From the IMG/VR virus record IMGVR_UViG_3300025018_000003, positions 26,707 through 90,706 of that record: a stretch of DNA of 64,000 nt. The stretch is one strand, 5' to 3'. The position numbers and the translations under genes were made by a program. Source of the DNA: a virus (Duplodnaviria > Caudoviricetes). Below, piece by piece: positions 34,507-44,616 of this stretch (position 1 is the first letter of the stretch; each line of letters begins with the position of its first letter). The notes below the pieces were generated by a model. That model was not told the origin of the DNA and did no database searches. It saw only the letters and a list, made by a program, of their open reading frames with translations.

Positions 34507-34844
34507 TCCTCCAGCTCCTTCTCCTGGCCGTCTTCGGCTTCCTGCAGAACATGGCCTTCACCTGGACCTCCAGGTCCAGGAACTCTGGTGATCCGTCCTA
34601 CCACCGGTATGCGGCGTGGTGCTCCAACGGCATCTGGCTGGTCACGAACCTGACCGCCCTGAACATGCTGCTGGATCCCATCAAGAACGGGGACTACCTG
34701 ACGGCGCTTCCTGCGGGCATCGTCTACGTTCTGGCCACTACCGAGGGATCGGTGTACATGATGAGGCTCCTCCTGGGTCACTCACACCTTCCTTTCCTGT
34801 CCAAGTACCTGGTCGAGAAGGGAGATCGTAAGGTGGGGGCCTGA
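34503..34844 (+). CDS. Multi-TM membrane protein
   Basis: Hydrophobic segments; ATGA overlap. Confidence 0.7.
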   Translation: MILQLLLLAVFGFLQNMAFTWTSRSRNSGDPSYHRYAAWCSNGIWLVTNLTALNMLLDPIKNGDYLTALPAGIVYVLATTEGSVYMMRLLLGHSHLPFLSKYLVEKGDRKVGA

Positions 34845-34848
34845 TACC

Positions 34849-35094
34849 ATGGCGAAGCCAGTCCACAAGAAGGAGATCATCCGGAAGATCGCCAGGGAGC
34901 TTGGGCTCTCCATCGGCGAAGTAGAGGAGGCTGTGGACTCGCAGTTCCATTTCGTCGCCAGCGTGATGAAGTCTGACACCTTCGACCAGATCCGGCTGCC
35001 CTTCTTCGGTCGGTTCTGGGTGAAGGCTCAGAGACTCAAGCACCTTCAGAAGTTCGGCAAGCGCATGCCGGAGGACACAGATGAGGCTGAATAG
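34849..35094 (+). CDS. HU/IHF-like DNA-binding protein
   Basis: KKEIIRKIARELGLS...VDSQF...IRLPFFGRFWVK. Confidence 0.85.
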   Translation: MAKPVHKKEIIRKIARELGLSIGEVEEAVDSQFHFVASVMKSDTFDQIRLPFFGRFWVKAQRLKHLQKFGKRMPEDTDEAE

Positions 35095-35584
35095 CAACTA
35101 CTTCGACGGAGTCCGGGCCATGAGAGCCCGGCTCCTGGACATCGAGGGTGTGATCGGGCACCCCCACGCCCGTCTCCTGATCAGGAACGCGAGGTACTCC
35201 CTCGGTCTGGTCCTGGAGCACACCGGCAACCCCCACAATCCCTACACCCGGGCGCACAACACCAGGAAGCTGCACGGGGAGAACTACCGGGCTCCGCAGG
35301 CAGACATGCCGACGAACCCCAAGAGCTGGCCCATCGGGGATGTGATCGCCAAGATGGAAGTGGTCAGACAGGAGCTGAACGACGTAGCCCGCCTGATCCA
35401 CTCCTCCCTGTACCTGCCGCTTGGGGAGATGGAGTTGTCCCACGTCGCTGATTTCGTCTCCAGGGCCTGGCAGGACACGCTGCTGGCACGCTGCTACGTG
35501 AGCGCCACCCTCGCCGCAGCCGCGGAGAAGGACCTTCCTCCCATCGAAGACTCAACCATCGATGATGAAGACAAGCAGTTTTGA
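35081..35584 (+). CDS. Hypothetical protein
   Basis: ORF. Confidence 0.65.
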   Translation: MRLNSNYFDGVRAMRARLLDIEGVIGHPHARLLIRNARYSLGLVLEHTGNPHNPYTRAHNTRKLHGENYRAPQADMPTNPKSWPIGDVIAKMEVVRQELNDVARLIHSSLYLPLGEMELSHVADFVSRAWQDTLLARCYVSATLAAAAEKDLPPIEDSTIDDEDKQF

Positions 35585-35885
35585 CGAGCACGAGCAGGCG
35601 CAGGGCAGGATAGGGCGTGTGTTCTTCGAAGGCATGCATCCTGACTACGGAGCGTCTACAGTTCTTCTTCTGCTGCTGCCAGTGTTCGAGCAGAAGGGAC
35701 TCCGCGGAACCTGCTTCATGAGAGTGGCCCACAAGCCGGATGCGTTCACCGTCGGGCACTGGGTCAGGTTTGAGGGGTTGAAGGGGACTGTGGTCTACCC
35801 AAACGGCAACGAATTCCCGATCAACAGGGTAGGGCCTACCTTCTCGACCTACGAGAGCCCAGGCAAGATCTTCTCCGGAGGCTGA
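35562..35885 (+). CDS. Hypothetical protein
   Basis: ORF. Confidence 0.6.
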   Translation: MMKTSSFDEHEQAQGRIGRVFFEGMHPDYGASTVLLLLLPVFEQKGLRGTCFMRVAHKPDAFTVGHWVRFEGLKGTVVYPNGNEFPINRVGPTFSTYESPGKIFSGG

Positions 35886-35886
35886 T

Positions 35887-36453
35887 ATGGATCTGCTGCG
35901 TGTTGAGGACGACCTGAGGGCCTACCCGTCCCCAGAGATCGCCAACATCCCTGAGTTCAAGGAACTGATCAGACGTGACCGTGGGTCACCGGGGGACTCC
36001 CAGGGCCGCATGAAACAGCGGGCCGCCAGGGAGTTCGCCTACATCTACCACGTCGCTTCCCACCAGTCGCCCTACCGGGTGTACGACGGGGACCTGCGTG
36101 AGGAGGAGGTCCGCAAGGACATCTTCCACGACATGCCGGAGTGGAAGCCGGACAGCATCCTGGAGGCGGCCCTGGCCAAGTACAGGGCTCTGACGGAGAC
36201 GGAGCTGACGAAACTGCTCTCCGGGGCGGTCTCCGCGGTCAACAAGCTCCGGGACTACTTCGAGAAGGTCAACTTCACCGACGTGGATGCCGATGGGCGG
36301 CCTATCTACAACGCCAAGGACGTTGTTTCCAACCTGGCCAATCTTGGCAAAGTAGTTGAAGGGCTACAGAAGCTGAAGGAACAGGTCGAGAAAGACGAAC
36401 TGGGAAGTGCCCAAAATCGTCGTGGAGTTGACACCAACAAATACTCGGAGTAG
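35887..36453 (+). CDS. Conserved crAss-like protein, candidate terminase small subunit
   Basis: Position upstream of TerL; helical; role inferred. Confidence 0.55.
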   Translation: MDLLRVEDDLRAYPSPEIANIPEFKELIRRDRGSPGDSQGRMKQRAAREFAYIYHVASHQSPYRVYDGDLREEEVRKDIFHDMPEWKPDSILEAALAKYRALTETELTKLLSGAVSAVNKLRDYFEKVNFTDVDADGRPIYNAKDVVSNLANLGKVVEGLQKLKEQVEKDELGSAQNRRGVDTNKYSE

Positions 36454-36455
36454 AC

Positions 36456-36797
36456 ATGCCACCGTTCTTGAAGGCCAGCAAGATCTACATGGTACCTGAG
36501 CAGTTCGAGAAAGGGCCCCAGAAGCTTCTGGACACCCTTTCCGAGCTGGGTGTGGAGTTCGACCAGGATCAGAAGGAGACGAGGGAGATCGAGGGGGAAG
36601 ACGGGGTCAAGGTCCTGATGGTGGAGGTGAAGATCCCAATACTGGTCGACATGGACGACATCTACGAGATCACCGCCATCTACGGCAGGCCTGAGCTGAC
36701 CGGTCTGATGTACAGGACCGATGATCAGCGTGTGATCGACAGGCCCTTCACGGAGATGATGGAGCTGTGGCAACAGATCTACGGGGAGGCCAAGTGA
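36456..36797 (+). CDS. Hypothetical protein
   Basis: ORF coupled to TerL (GTGA). Confidence 0.7.
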   Translation: MPPFLKASKIYMVPEQFEKGPQKLLDTLSELGVEFDQDQKETREIEGEDGVKVLMVEVKIPILVDMDDIYEITAIYGRPELTGLMYRTDDQRVIDRPFTEMMELWQQIYGEAK

Positions 36798-38830
36798 GCA
36801 GGATTCTGGTCAACACGGATCTTCTGAGGGAGCGGGCTCTCCACTTCCTGAGGCACGGGTATTACACCGATGCTCCGCCCGGCACGCGTGCCTACCACGA
36901 GTTCTGGGACGAGGAGATCCGCAGGATCAACAACGGCTACTCCGTTGGGGGCCTTCACATTACGGGCTACCACTACTGGTACCTGAACTACTGCCAGATC
37001 CTCCGTGTCGAGGATCAGGCGGAGATCTCAGGTCGGAGAGGAGTGGGCAAGATCCAGACGTTCCCGGCATTCTGGGACGGCGACTACAACTACTTCTGGG
37101 CCGTCGAGATTGCTCGCCATGGCATCGACCCCAAGCTCTACGAGAAGCTGGGCCTGGAGATCTCCATCATCCCGGAGGACCTGAAGGGTGGCCGCCATCT
37201 CGTGGTGCTGAAGGCCCGCGGCAAGGGCTACTCGTACAAGGCCGGGTCCATGCTGTCCAAGTTGTTCAACACCGGGCGGAAGATGAAGTCCTACGCCATG
37301 GCGTTTGAGAAGGAGTACCTTATCAAGGACGGCGTTCTCAATAAGGCGTGGGACAACATTTCCTTCGTGGACAACCACACCGCCTTCCGTCAGCCGCGGA
37401 TCAAGGACCAGGAGATGCACAAGCAGTCCGGGTACCGCAGGAACGTGGGAGGCACGGACATCACCCGGGGGACCCAGAACGAGGTGATCGGGGTCTCGCT
37501 GAAGGACGACCCTGACAAGGCCCGTGGTAAGCGCGGTGAGCTGATCTTCTTCGAAGAGGCCGGTAAGTTTCCTGGCCTGCTGAAGGCCTGGGGCGTGTCC
37601 CGTCCATCAGTCGAGCAGGGTGCCTTCACCTCCGGGATCATGATCGCCTACGGCACCGGTGGTACTGAGGACGCCAACTACGACGGCCTGGAAGAGCTGT
37701 TCTACAACCCCGAAGCCCACAACGTCCTGGCGATGGAGAACATCTGGGACGACGGAGCCACAGGCACGTTCTGCTCCTTCTTCGTACCTGCGTACCAGAA
37801 CTGGGAAGGGTACATCGACAAGGAGGGCAACTCGGACAACGACGGGGCCAAGGACTACCACCAGCATCAGAGGGACCTGAAGAAGAAGAGCCAGGACCCG
37901 AATGCTCTGGAGCAGTACATCTGTGAGAACCCGTTCACTCCGCGGGAAGCCACTCTGCAGACGACGGCCAATCTCTTCCCAACGGTGGCCATTCAGGAGC
38001 AGCTGAACAGCGTGATGACCCACAACCGGCACAACGCCGGGACACCGGGTATCCTGCATGTGTGGGACGGCAAGGTCCGTCTCAAGGTGACCGAGGACGC
38101 AGTGCCTGTCTACGAGTACCCGTTGAAGAAGGGGCAGGACACCTCGGGCTGCGTTGTGGTGTACGAAGCTCCGTACAGGGGAGAAAACGGTCTCGTCCCC
38201 CATGGACTCTACGCCATCGGCCACGACCCCTATGCCCACGATGACGCGGTTGGTGGATCCCTCGGGGCCGCCTACGTCATCAAGCGGGCCAACAACTTCA
38301 GCCAGACCCTGTCCGAAAGCGTCGTGGCCTCCCTCGTTGGGCGGCCAGGATCCCAGGACGAGTACAACGAGCAGCTCTTCCTGCTCGCCGAGTACTACGG
38401 CTGCAAGATCGGTTTTGAGAATGATCGCGGTGACGTCATCGGCTACGCCAAGCGGTTCCACAAGCTCCACCTGCTCGAAGAGGAGTTCGAAATGCTGGAC
38501 AAGAAGGAGCTGCAGTCCAGGCGTGTCAGGCGTCCCTACGGCATGCACATGACCGAAGCACGCAAGAAGCAGGGCGAGATCTACATCCGGGACTGGCTCA
38601 ACGGGCTGGTCACTCACTACGACGACGGAACTCAGCGCACCAGGGTCCAGACGATTTTGGACCCAGGTTTGCTGCGTGAGCTTCTGAAGTTCAACCACAA
38701 AGGGAACTTCGACCGTGTGATGGCGCTCATGGTAGCCATGTACTATCTGAAGGAGCTTCACAACGCCGAGGTGGCACCCAGGGACCAGTCAACACACCAA
38801 GAATTCTTCGAAAGAGCGCTCTTCGCATGA
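36794..38830 (+). CDS. terL: Terminase large subunit
   Basis: LKARGKGYSYK Walker A, FFEEAG Walker B, GTGG, GHDPY, FENDRG and NFDRVMA nuclease motifs. Confidence 0.95.
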   Translation: MSRILVNTDLLRERALHFLRHGYYTDAPPGTRAYHEFWDEEIRRINNGYSVGGLHITGYHYWYLNYCQILRVEDQAEISGRRGVGKIQTFPAFWDGDYNYFWAVEIARHGIDPKLYEKLGLEISIIPEDLKGGRHLVVLKARGKGYSYKAGSMLSKLFNTGRKMKSYAMAFEKEYLIKDGVLNKAWDNISFVDNHTAFRQPRIKDQEMHKQSGYRRNVGGTDITRGTQNEVIGVSLKDDPDKARGKRGELIFFEEAGKFPGLLKAWGVSRPSVEQGAFTSGIMIAYGTGGTEDANYDGLEELFYNPEAHNVLAMENIWDDGATGTFCSFFVPAYQNWEGYIDKEGNSDNDGAKDYHQHQRDLKKKSQDPNALEQYICENPFTPREATLQTTANLFPTVAIQEQLNSVMTHNRHNAGTPGILHVWDGKVRLKVTEDAVPVYEYPLKKGQDTSGCVVVYEAPYRGENGLVPHGLYAIGHDPYAHDDAVGGSLGAAYVIKRANNFSQTLSESVVASLVGRPGSQDEYNEQLFLLAEYYGCKIGFENDRGDVIGYAKRFHKLHLLEEEFEMLDKKELQSRRVRRPYGMHMTEARKKQGEIYIRDWLNGLVTHYDDGTQRTRVQTILDPGLLRELLKFNHKGNFDRVMALMVAMYYLKELHNAEVAPRDQSTHQEFFERALFA

Positions 38831-41106
38831 ACCTGACCACCAACACCTCACAGATCCCGCGGCAGAAGGTCTCCCGCCGGGAGAAGACCGACAAGTGGGC
38901 CAAGGATACGATCCAGGCCATCATCGGGTCTTCCAACTTCGAACCTGGACACATCGGGGATCGGGACCTGGTACGCAAGGCCTACGAGTACTACAACGGC
39001 ATCATCGACGATGATGACTACACCCACGTCCTCCGTCCCTACGGCAAGACGAGGAAGAACTTCCCTGCCAAGCTCCACAACTACCCGATCATCAAGCCCG
39101 TCATCGACCTCCTACTGGGTGAGAAGCGCAAGCGGCCCCTGACCTTCACGGTGGCCATCGCCAACCCGGATGCAGTCACCAAGAAGGAAGAGGCCATCAA
39201 GGCCGCGGTTCTCCAGAACCTCCAGCAGCAGTTCATCAACGAGCTGGAGCGACAGGGGGTAGACACCGGGGGGATGGGTCAGGAAGAGACACCGCCTCCT
39301 GAAGTGGTGGCACGCACTGCGGCGACGTCCTACCAGGATGCCCGGGCCATCAGGGGCCAGGAGTCGTTGGACTACATCATGCAGAAGCTCCGGCTGCGCA
39401 ATGAGTTCAACAAGGGCTGGTTCCACTTCCTGGTCAGCGGAATGGTGGTGACGTTCAGGGATGTCATCGCTGACGAGGTCTACTACGAGGTCCTGAATCC
39501 GCTGGAGGTGGACTTCGACAAGTCTCCGGACACCGAGTTCATCGAGGACGGGGACTGGGTAGTTCACCGCATGCTGGCCACACCTGCGAAGGTGATCGAC
39601 CTTTTCTACGACGAGCTGAGCGACAGCCAGGTAGACCGCATTGAGCGCCCTGAGCACAACCGCTCAGAGGCCTTCCTGCTGTACGCGGACATCGAGAAGA
39701 ACGAGGAGACCAAGGACCGGCTGGTCGAGGTCTTCCGCGTGTTCTGGAAGTCCCTGAAGAAGATCGGCATCCTCACGTACATCGACGAGGATGGCATGAT
39801 GCAGGAGATGGAGGTGGATGAGACGTACAAGGCAGGGCCGGATGAGAAGGTCGAATGGTTCTGGATCAACGAGGTCTGGGAGGGCTACCGCATCGATGGG
39901 GACATCTTCCTGAAGATGCGCCCGATGGAGATCCAGCGCGGCTCTCTCGACAACCTCTCGACCTGCAAGCTCCCCATCAACGGGCGGAAGTACTCGGACA
40001 CCAATGCTCCGAACATCTCCGTGGTGATGCTCGGGATCCCCTACCAGCTCAACTACAACATCTTCAAGTACCGGCTGGAGGTCGCTCTGGCCAAGTCCAA
40101 GGACCTGATCGCGCAGTTTGACATCAACATGATGCCGAAGGGCTGGGACATGGACAAGTGGATGTACTTCCTGGACGCCACTGGCATCGCCTGGTCCGAC
40201 TACGCCAAGGAGGGCATCACCCTCAATCCCCAGCACCAGGCGGTCCTGGACCTGTCTCTGCGGACCATCCAGGACTGGGTGGCCCTGATGGAGTCTGTCC
40301 GCAACGAGTGGATGGAACTGGCTGGAGTCAACCGTCAGCGGCTTGGTGGTGTGAGCCAGTACGACGGCAAGGCGACCACCGAGCAGTCCATCATCCAGTC
40401 GTCTCACGTCACGGAGGATCTCTTCGCCAAGTTTGCGGAACTGGAACAGCGTGACCTGCAGGCTCTCATCGACCTTTCGAAGCTTGCGTGGATCAACGGG
40501 AAGAAGGCCATGTACGTGCTCTCTGACCGTTCCCAGGCGTATCTTCAGGTGGATGGTGTGGATCACATGGAGACCGAGTACGGGATCTTCGTGACCGATG
40601 CTGCCCGCGAGCTTGAGAAGGTGCAGATGGTCCAGGCCCTCGGCCAGGCCATGGCACAGAACGGAACCCCGATCTCCGCCATCATCGACATCATCGACGC
40701 CACCAGTCTTCCGCAGATCCGCGAGAAAATCAAGGCAGCCGAGGCATCCATGCAGCAGCTCCAGCAGGCGCAGCAGCAGGCGGAGATGGAAGCGCAGCAG
40801 GCAGCCGCACAGGCTGAGCAGATGCGCCTCGACGAAGAGTCCCGCCAGAAGGACCTGGATCGCCAGAACAGGATCGAGGTCGCTCTCATCCAGGCCGATA
40901 CCCAGCGCGGCGTTGCCGAGCTGAACTTCGGTGCTCTGGATGATGACCGCAGTCTTCAGCTTGAACGTGAGAAGCTGGCCCAGAAGGACCGCATCGAACA
41001 GCAGAAAGTGGAGATCGAGAGCAAGCGGGCAGAGAACGACCGCATCAAGGCTGATGCCGCGATGAAGTCAGCAAACAGGCCTCCTTCATCTGGGGGTGGC
41101 CGGTGA
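38827..41106 (+). CDS. Portal protein (crAss type)
   Basis: 759 aa directly after TerL; PRQK, NYPIIKP.I.LL.GE, INEVWEG and coiled-coil tail. Confidence 0.92.
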   Translation: MNLTTNTSQIPRQKVSRREKTDKWAKDTIQAIIGSSNFEPGHIGDRDLVRKAYEYYNGIIDDDDYTHVLRPYGKTRKNFPAKLHNYPIIKPVIDLLLGEKRKRPLTFTVAIANPDAVTKKEEAIKAAVLQNLQQQFINELERQGVDTGGMGQEETPPPEVVARTAATSYQDARAIRGQESLDYIMQKLRLRNEFNKGWFHFLVSGMVVTFRDVIADEVYYEVLNPLEVDFDKSPDTEFIEDGDWVVHRMLATPAKVIDLFYDELSDSQVDRIERPEHNRSEAFLLYADIEKNEETKDRLVEVFRVFWKSLKKIGILTYIDEDGMMQEMEVDETYKAGPDEKVEWFWINEVWEGYRIDGDIFLKMRPMEIQRGSLDNLSTCKLPINGRKYSDTNAPNISVVMLGIPYQLNYNIFKYRLEVALAKSKDLIAQFDINMMPKGWDMDKWMYFLDATGIAWSDYAKEGITLNPQHQAVLDLSLRTIQDWVALMESVRNEWMELAGVNRQRLGGVSQYDGKATTEQSIIQSSHVTEDLFAKFAELEQRDLQALIDLSKLAWINGKKAMYVLSDRSQAYLQVDGVDHMETEYGIFVTDAARELEKVQMVQALGQAMAQNGTPISAIIDIIDATSLPQIREKIKAAEASMQQLQQAQQQAEMEAQQAAAQAEQMRLDEESRQKDLDRQNRIEVALIQADTQRGVAELNFGALDDDRSLQLEREKLAQKDRIEQQKVEIESKRAENDRIKADAAMKSANRPPSSGGGR

Positions 41107-41140
41107 ACCACAAAAGTGCCATATTGTAAGGGTCACAAAC

Positions 41141-41180
41141 TTTGTTGAGAAAACCTCAACATTGGCCCACTGTTGGCATA
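41141..41180 (+). promoter_or_regulatory. Bipartite palindromic motif, copy 2
   Basis: TTTGTTGAGAAAACCTCAACA-n9-TGTTGGCATA upstream of the scaffold/MCP genes. Confidence 0.6.
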
Positions 41181-41204
41181 TAACCACACGAACCCAAGAG
41201 AGCT

Positions 41205-42293
41205 ATGGCGAAGAACGATAAGCTGAACCTCGACGACATCGACTTTGACGCTGCCCTGGGCGTTGAGACCGAGGAAGCCCCCCAAGGCCTCGAACTCGAC
41301 AACCTGGATGGCACCAAGGACGATGGTCAGCAGGCGGACACCGCCACCGACGAGGAAACCAAAACTGACGAGTCCGGGGAGACCCAGGACGACTCAGGTA
41401 CCAACGATGCCGCCGATGGCGAGGCTGACACTACCGTAGACGACGGCGAGGAGCTGACGCTCGTTGCCGAGATCCGCGGGGCCCTTGGCTTCGAAATCGA
41501 AGGTGACTTCGAAGACACCCCCGAGGGGCTGGTCAATCTGGCGAAGGCTGCCGCAAGTCGGGTAGCACAGGAGCAGCTCGATGAGCTGTTCGGTGCTCTC
41601 CCGGACGTGCAGCAGTACCTCCAGTTCCGGCTCAACGGAGGTGACTCCGCCCAGTTCTTCAACACGTTCTACGGTGACGTCAACTACTCCGAGCTGAAGC
41701 TCGAAGAGCAGGACAGCGTCACCCAGGAGCACCTGGTCCGGCAGGCCATGATCCTCAAGGGCTTCGAGCCCGAGGATGTGACTGAGTCAATCCAGGAGTT
41801 CAAGAACTCAGGTATCCTGTACTCGCAGGCCCAGAAGGCCCAGAAGGGGCTGGCCAAGCACCAGCAGCGGGAACAGGCACGCCTGGTTCAAGAACAGGAG
41901 CGGGCGGCTCAGGAGGCTCAGCAGCAAGCGGAGACTTTCTGGCGGACTGCCAACGAGACCGTCCAGAAGTCCAACGAGCTGCGTGGGATTCCGATCTCGG
42001 AGAAGGACAAGAAGGAGCTGATCGACTACGTGAGTAGGCCGATCAAGGACGGAATGTCTGCCTTCCAGGTTGCGATGAACGAGGCTCCTATGGACGTCTA
42101 CCTGGCCATCGCGGCCCTCATGAAGAGGGATTTCGATCTCACCGGACTTGTGTCCCGCAAGGCGAAGACCGAGCAGGCCAAGTCCCTGAGGGAGAGGCTC
42201 TCCAAGGGCAATGAGAAACTCCGCTCGAAGCCGGAAGGCAAGAAGGGCGTAGTCGACAAGCCCGATTTCGACACCCTTGATCTGACCATCTGA
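41205..42293 (+). CDS. Acidic scaffold-like protein
   Basis: Between portal and MCP; acidic N-terminus and coiled coil. Confidence 0.75.
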   Translation: MAKNDKLNLDDIDFDAALGVETEEAPQGLELDNLDGTKDDGQQADTATDEETKTDESGETQDDSGTNDAADGEADTTVDDGEELTLVAEIRGALGFEIEGDFEDTPEGLVNLAKAAASRVAQEQLDELFGALPDVQQYLQFRLNGGDSAQFFNTFYGDVNYSELKLEEQDSVTQEHLVRQAMILKGFEPEDVTESIQEFKNSGILYSQAQKAQKGLAKHQQREQARLVQEQERAAQEAQQQAETFWRTANETVQKSNELRGIPISEKDKKELIDYVSRPIKDGMSAFQVAMNEAPMDVYLAIAALMKRDFDLTGLVSRKAKTEQAKSLRERLSKGNEKLRSKPEGKKGVVDKPDFDTLDLTI

Positions 42294-42316
42294 TCATCAA
42301 CCGCAGCAACAGCGCC

Positions 42317-43729
42317 ATGAAGGTAACCCGTACTTTCTTCAACGATGCGCAGATGACGGACATGAACTCCCTGGCCAATGCGCTCCTGGCGCGGCCTGCG
42401 GAGATCAGCCCGATTCTGACGCACCTCGGTGGCCGGGAAGACAAGCGATTCCCGCTCACCATGCTCACGGAAGGCGTGGGCAACACCCAGTCCATCGACC
42501 AGCTGGAATACGAGTATCGTGTCCAGACCCGCCTGCGCAAGACGCGCCCGGTGGCTCTGACGAACTCAGGCACCACGCTGGGTCTTGGTGGAGCACTCTT
42601 CACCATCGAGTTCCCCGACAAGTGGTTCATCAAGGACTACGTCCTCGTGAGCCAGAGCGGTGCCCAGGCCCGTGTCATGTCGGAACCCGTCCCCAACGGC
42701 ACCAACTGGGTCTACACACTCCGTCTGGTGGATCCGGATCCCGCGGCCTTCCTTCCGTCGGCGGATGCCGCACAGGGAGCGCTCTGGGGTCAGCTCTTCG
42801 CCCCTGTCGGCACGGACTTCTCGCGTGGCAACGCCAGCAACTGGCAGACCCCGGAGAAGATTCGTCACAAGCTCACGACCATCCGTAAGTCGTACTCTTT
42901 CAGCGGCAACGCCAAGGACTACGTCGTAGTGTTCGACCTCCCGCTCAGCGATGGACGGACCACGCGCCTGTGGATGGACTACGAGGAGTGGCAGTACATG
43001 CTCCAGTGGAGGGAAGAGGCTGAGATGTTGTTCTGGTACGGCCAGCAGTCGTACAATAGCAACGGCGAGACCAACCTCCTCGACGAGAATGGTCAGCCCA
43101 TCGTGATCGGCCCCGGTCTCTTCGAGCAAGTCATCAACAAGGACACGTACTCCGAGTTGACGGCGACGAAGCTCAAGAACACTATCGGCGATCTGTTCTA
43201 CGGCATGACCGACGGACAGAACAAGCAGATCACGGTGTTCACCGGCACCGGTGGTGCCCGCGAGTTTGACGATGCCATGAAGGATGAGCTGTCGGGATAC
43301 CGCCAGTTCAACGACGGCAAGTTCGTCTCCGGCAGTGGCCGCAGCCTCACGCTCACCGGCTTCTTCACGACCTACGAGCATGTGGATGGTCACACCGTCC
43401 GCGTGGTCAAGGTCCCGCTCTTCGATCATGGCACTGTGGCCCAGGCGGCCTCCAAGCACCCGGTGACGGGCTACAGCATGGAGTCGTACCGCATGGTCTT
43501 CGTCGACCAGTCGTCCTACGACGGCCAGTCAAACCTCACCATGATCAACAAGAAGGGACGTGAGATGCTCCGCTGGGCCGTCGCTGGCTCCGTGGTTCCG
43601 AACGGCTTTGGTGCCAGCCTCCTCCGCGCTTCGGATGTCGACGGTGCCTCCGTCCACTTCCTGAAGACGGCTGGTGTGCTGCTCCGCCGGTTCGACACCT
43701 CCATCGACCTCTCCTGTGTTGCCAGCTAG
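42317..43729 (+). CDS. Major capsid protein (crAss type)
   Basis: 470 aa; position; .TIRKSY, GPGLFEQ, FTGTGG.REFD and HPVTG..MES motifs. Confidence 0.92.
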   Translation: MKVTRTFFNDAQMTDMNSLANALLARPAEISPILTHLGGREDKRFPLTMLTEGVGNTQSIDQLEYEYRVQTRLRKTRPVALTNSGTTLGLGGALFTIEFPDKWFIKDYVLVSQSGAQARVMSEPVPNGTNWVYTLRLVDPDPAAFLPSADAAQGALWGQLFAPVGTDFSRGNASNWQTPEKIRHKLTTIRKSYSFSGNAKDYVVVFDLPLSDGRTTRLWMDYEEWQYMLQWREEAEMLFWYGQQSYNSNGETNLLDENGQPIVIGPGLFEQVINKDTYSELTATKLKNTIGDLFYGMTDGQNKQITVFTGTGGAREFDDAMKDELSGYRQFNDGKFVSGSGRSLTLTGFFTTYEHVDGHTVRVVKVPLFDHGTVAQAASKHPVTGYSMESYRMVFVDQSSYDGQSNLTMINKKGREMLRWAVAGSVVPNGFGASLLRASDVDGASVHFLKTAGVLLRRFDTSIDLSCVAS

Positions 43730-43744
43730 GTGACCCTGACGTCG

Positions 43745-43773
43745 GGCCCCTGGGGCTAACCACCCCGGGGGCC
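43745..43773 (+). terminator. GC-rich hairpin after MCP
   Basis: GGCCCCTGGGG / CCCCGGGGGCC; no U tract. Confidence 0.5.
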
Positions 43774-43802
43774 TGAACGTGTACCACAAAAAGCCCCAAA
43801 CG

Positions 43803-44612
43803 ATGAAAGAGATTCAGATCAGACGGAAGGAGAAGCCCCATTCCTACCTCCCCATCCGCGTGGTGGCCGAGGCCCGGAAGAAGATCGGCTCAATCTTCGT
43901 CTCACGCAGCCCCCTTCGCGGCCTGACCAGAGAGCAGGAACGCAAGTACCTCCCGCAGGTGATCGGTACCTCTGCCGAGCACCCGGACTTCGAGAAGGAG
44001 GTCCGGAAGTTCTGGGCCGACTTCAACATCGATGTGCCGTCTGACGGCGTGGTGCTCGACGTCACCACCAACGAGGCAGGCGAGCCTCTCAACCTGGACG
44101 ACTGGATCAAGTACCAGTGGGCCCTGAAGCATCGCTTCGTGGCTGCCAGCCAGGAAGAGCTTCGTCAGGATCCGCTGAAGGCCTTCTACATCTATGATCC
44201 TGAGCGCGAGGTGCGCAAGCAGCACTCTAGTCTGCAGGACAAGAAGGCGGCCTTCCGCGAGTTCGTCAAGGTCACCGATGATCCGGATGCCGTCAAGCGG
44301 CTCCTCCGGGTGCTCTCCCAGACCAACCCTGACCGCATGTCGCAGGAACAGTGCGAGAACATGCTGGCTCAGCTTCTGGAGGAGAACCCCAAGCGGTTCA
44401 TCCAGGTGGCCACCGACAAGGATCTGGAACTCCGCGATCTCCTCTACCAGCTGGTGGAAGGAGACGTGGTCCGCCAGATCGGCCAGTCCTTCCTGTACCT
44501 GGACACCACGATTGGGGAGACCCAGGAAGAGGCCATCCAGTACCTGAAGAACAAGCGGAACTCCGCTTCCTTCAACGAGATGAGAACCAAGCTGAAGGAG
44601 TTCAGCCACTAG
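43803..44612 (+). CDS. Conserved crAss capsid-block protein
   Basis: Directly downstream of MCP, typical crAss synteny. Confidence 0.75.
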   Translation: MKEIQIRRKEKPHSYLPIRVVAEARKKIGSIFVSRSPLRGLTREQERKYLPQVIGTSAEHPDFEKEVRKFWADFNIDVPSDGVVLDVTTNEAGEPLNLDDWIKYQWALKHRFVAASQEELRQDPLKAFYIYDPEREVRKQHSSLQDKKAAFREFVKVTDDPDAVKRLLRVLSQTNPDRMSQEQCENMLAQLLEENPKRFIQVATDKDLELRDLLYQLVEGDVVRQIGQSFLYLDTTIGETQEEAIQYLKNKRNSASFNEMRTKLKEFSH

Positions 44613-44616
44613 ACCC

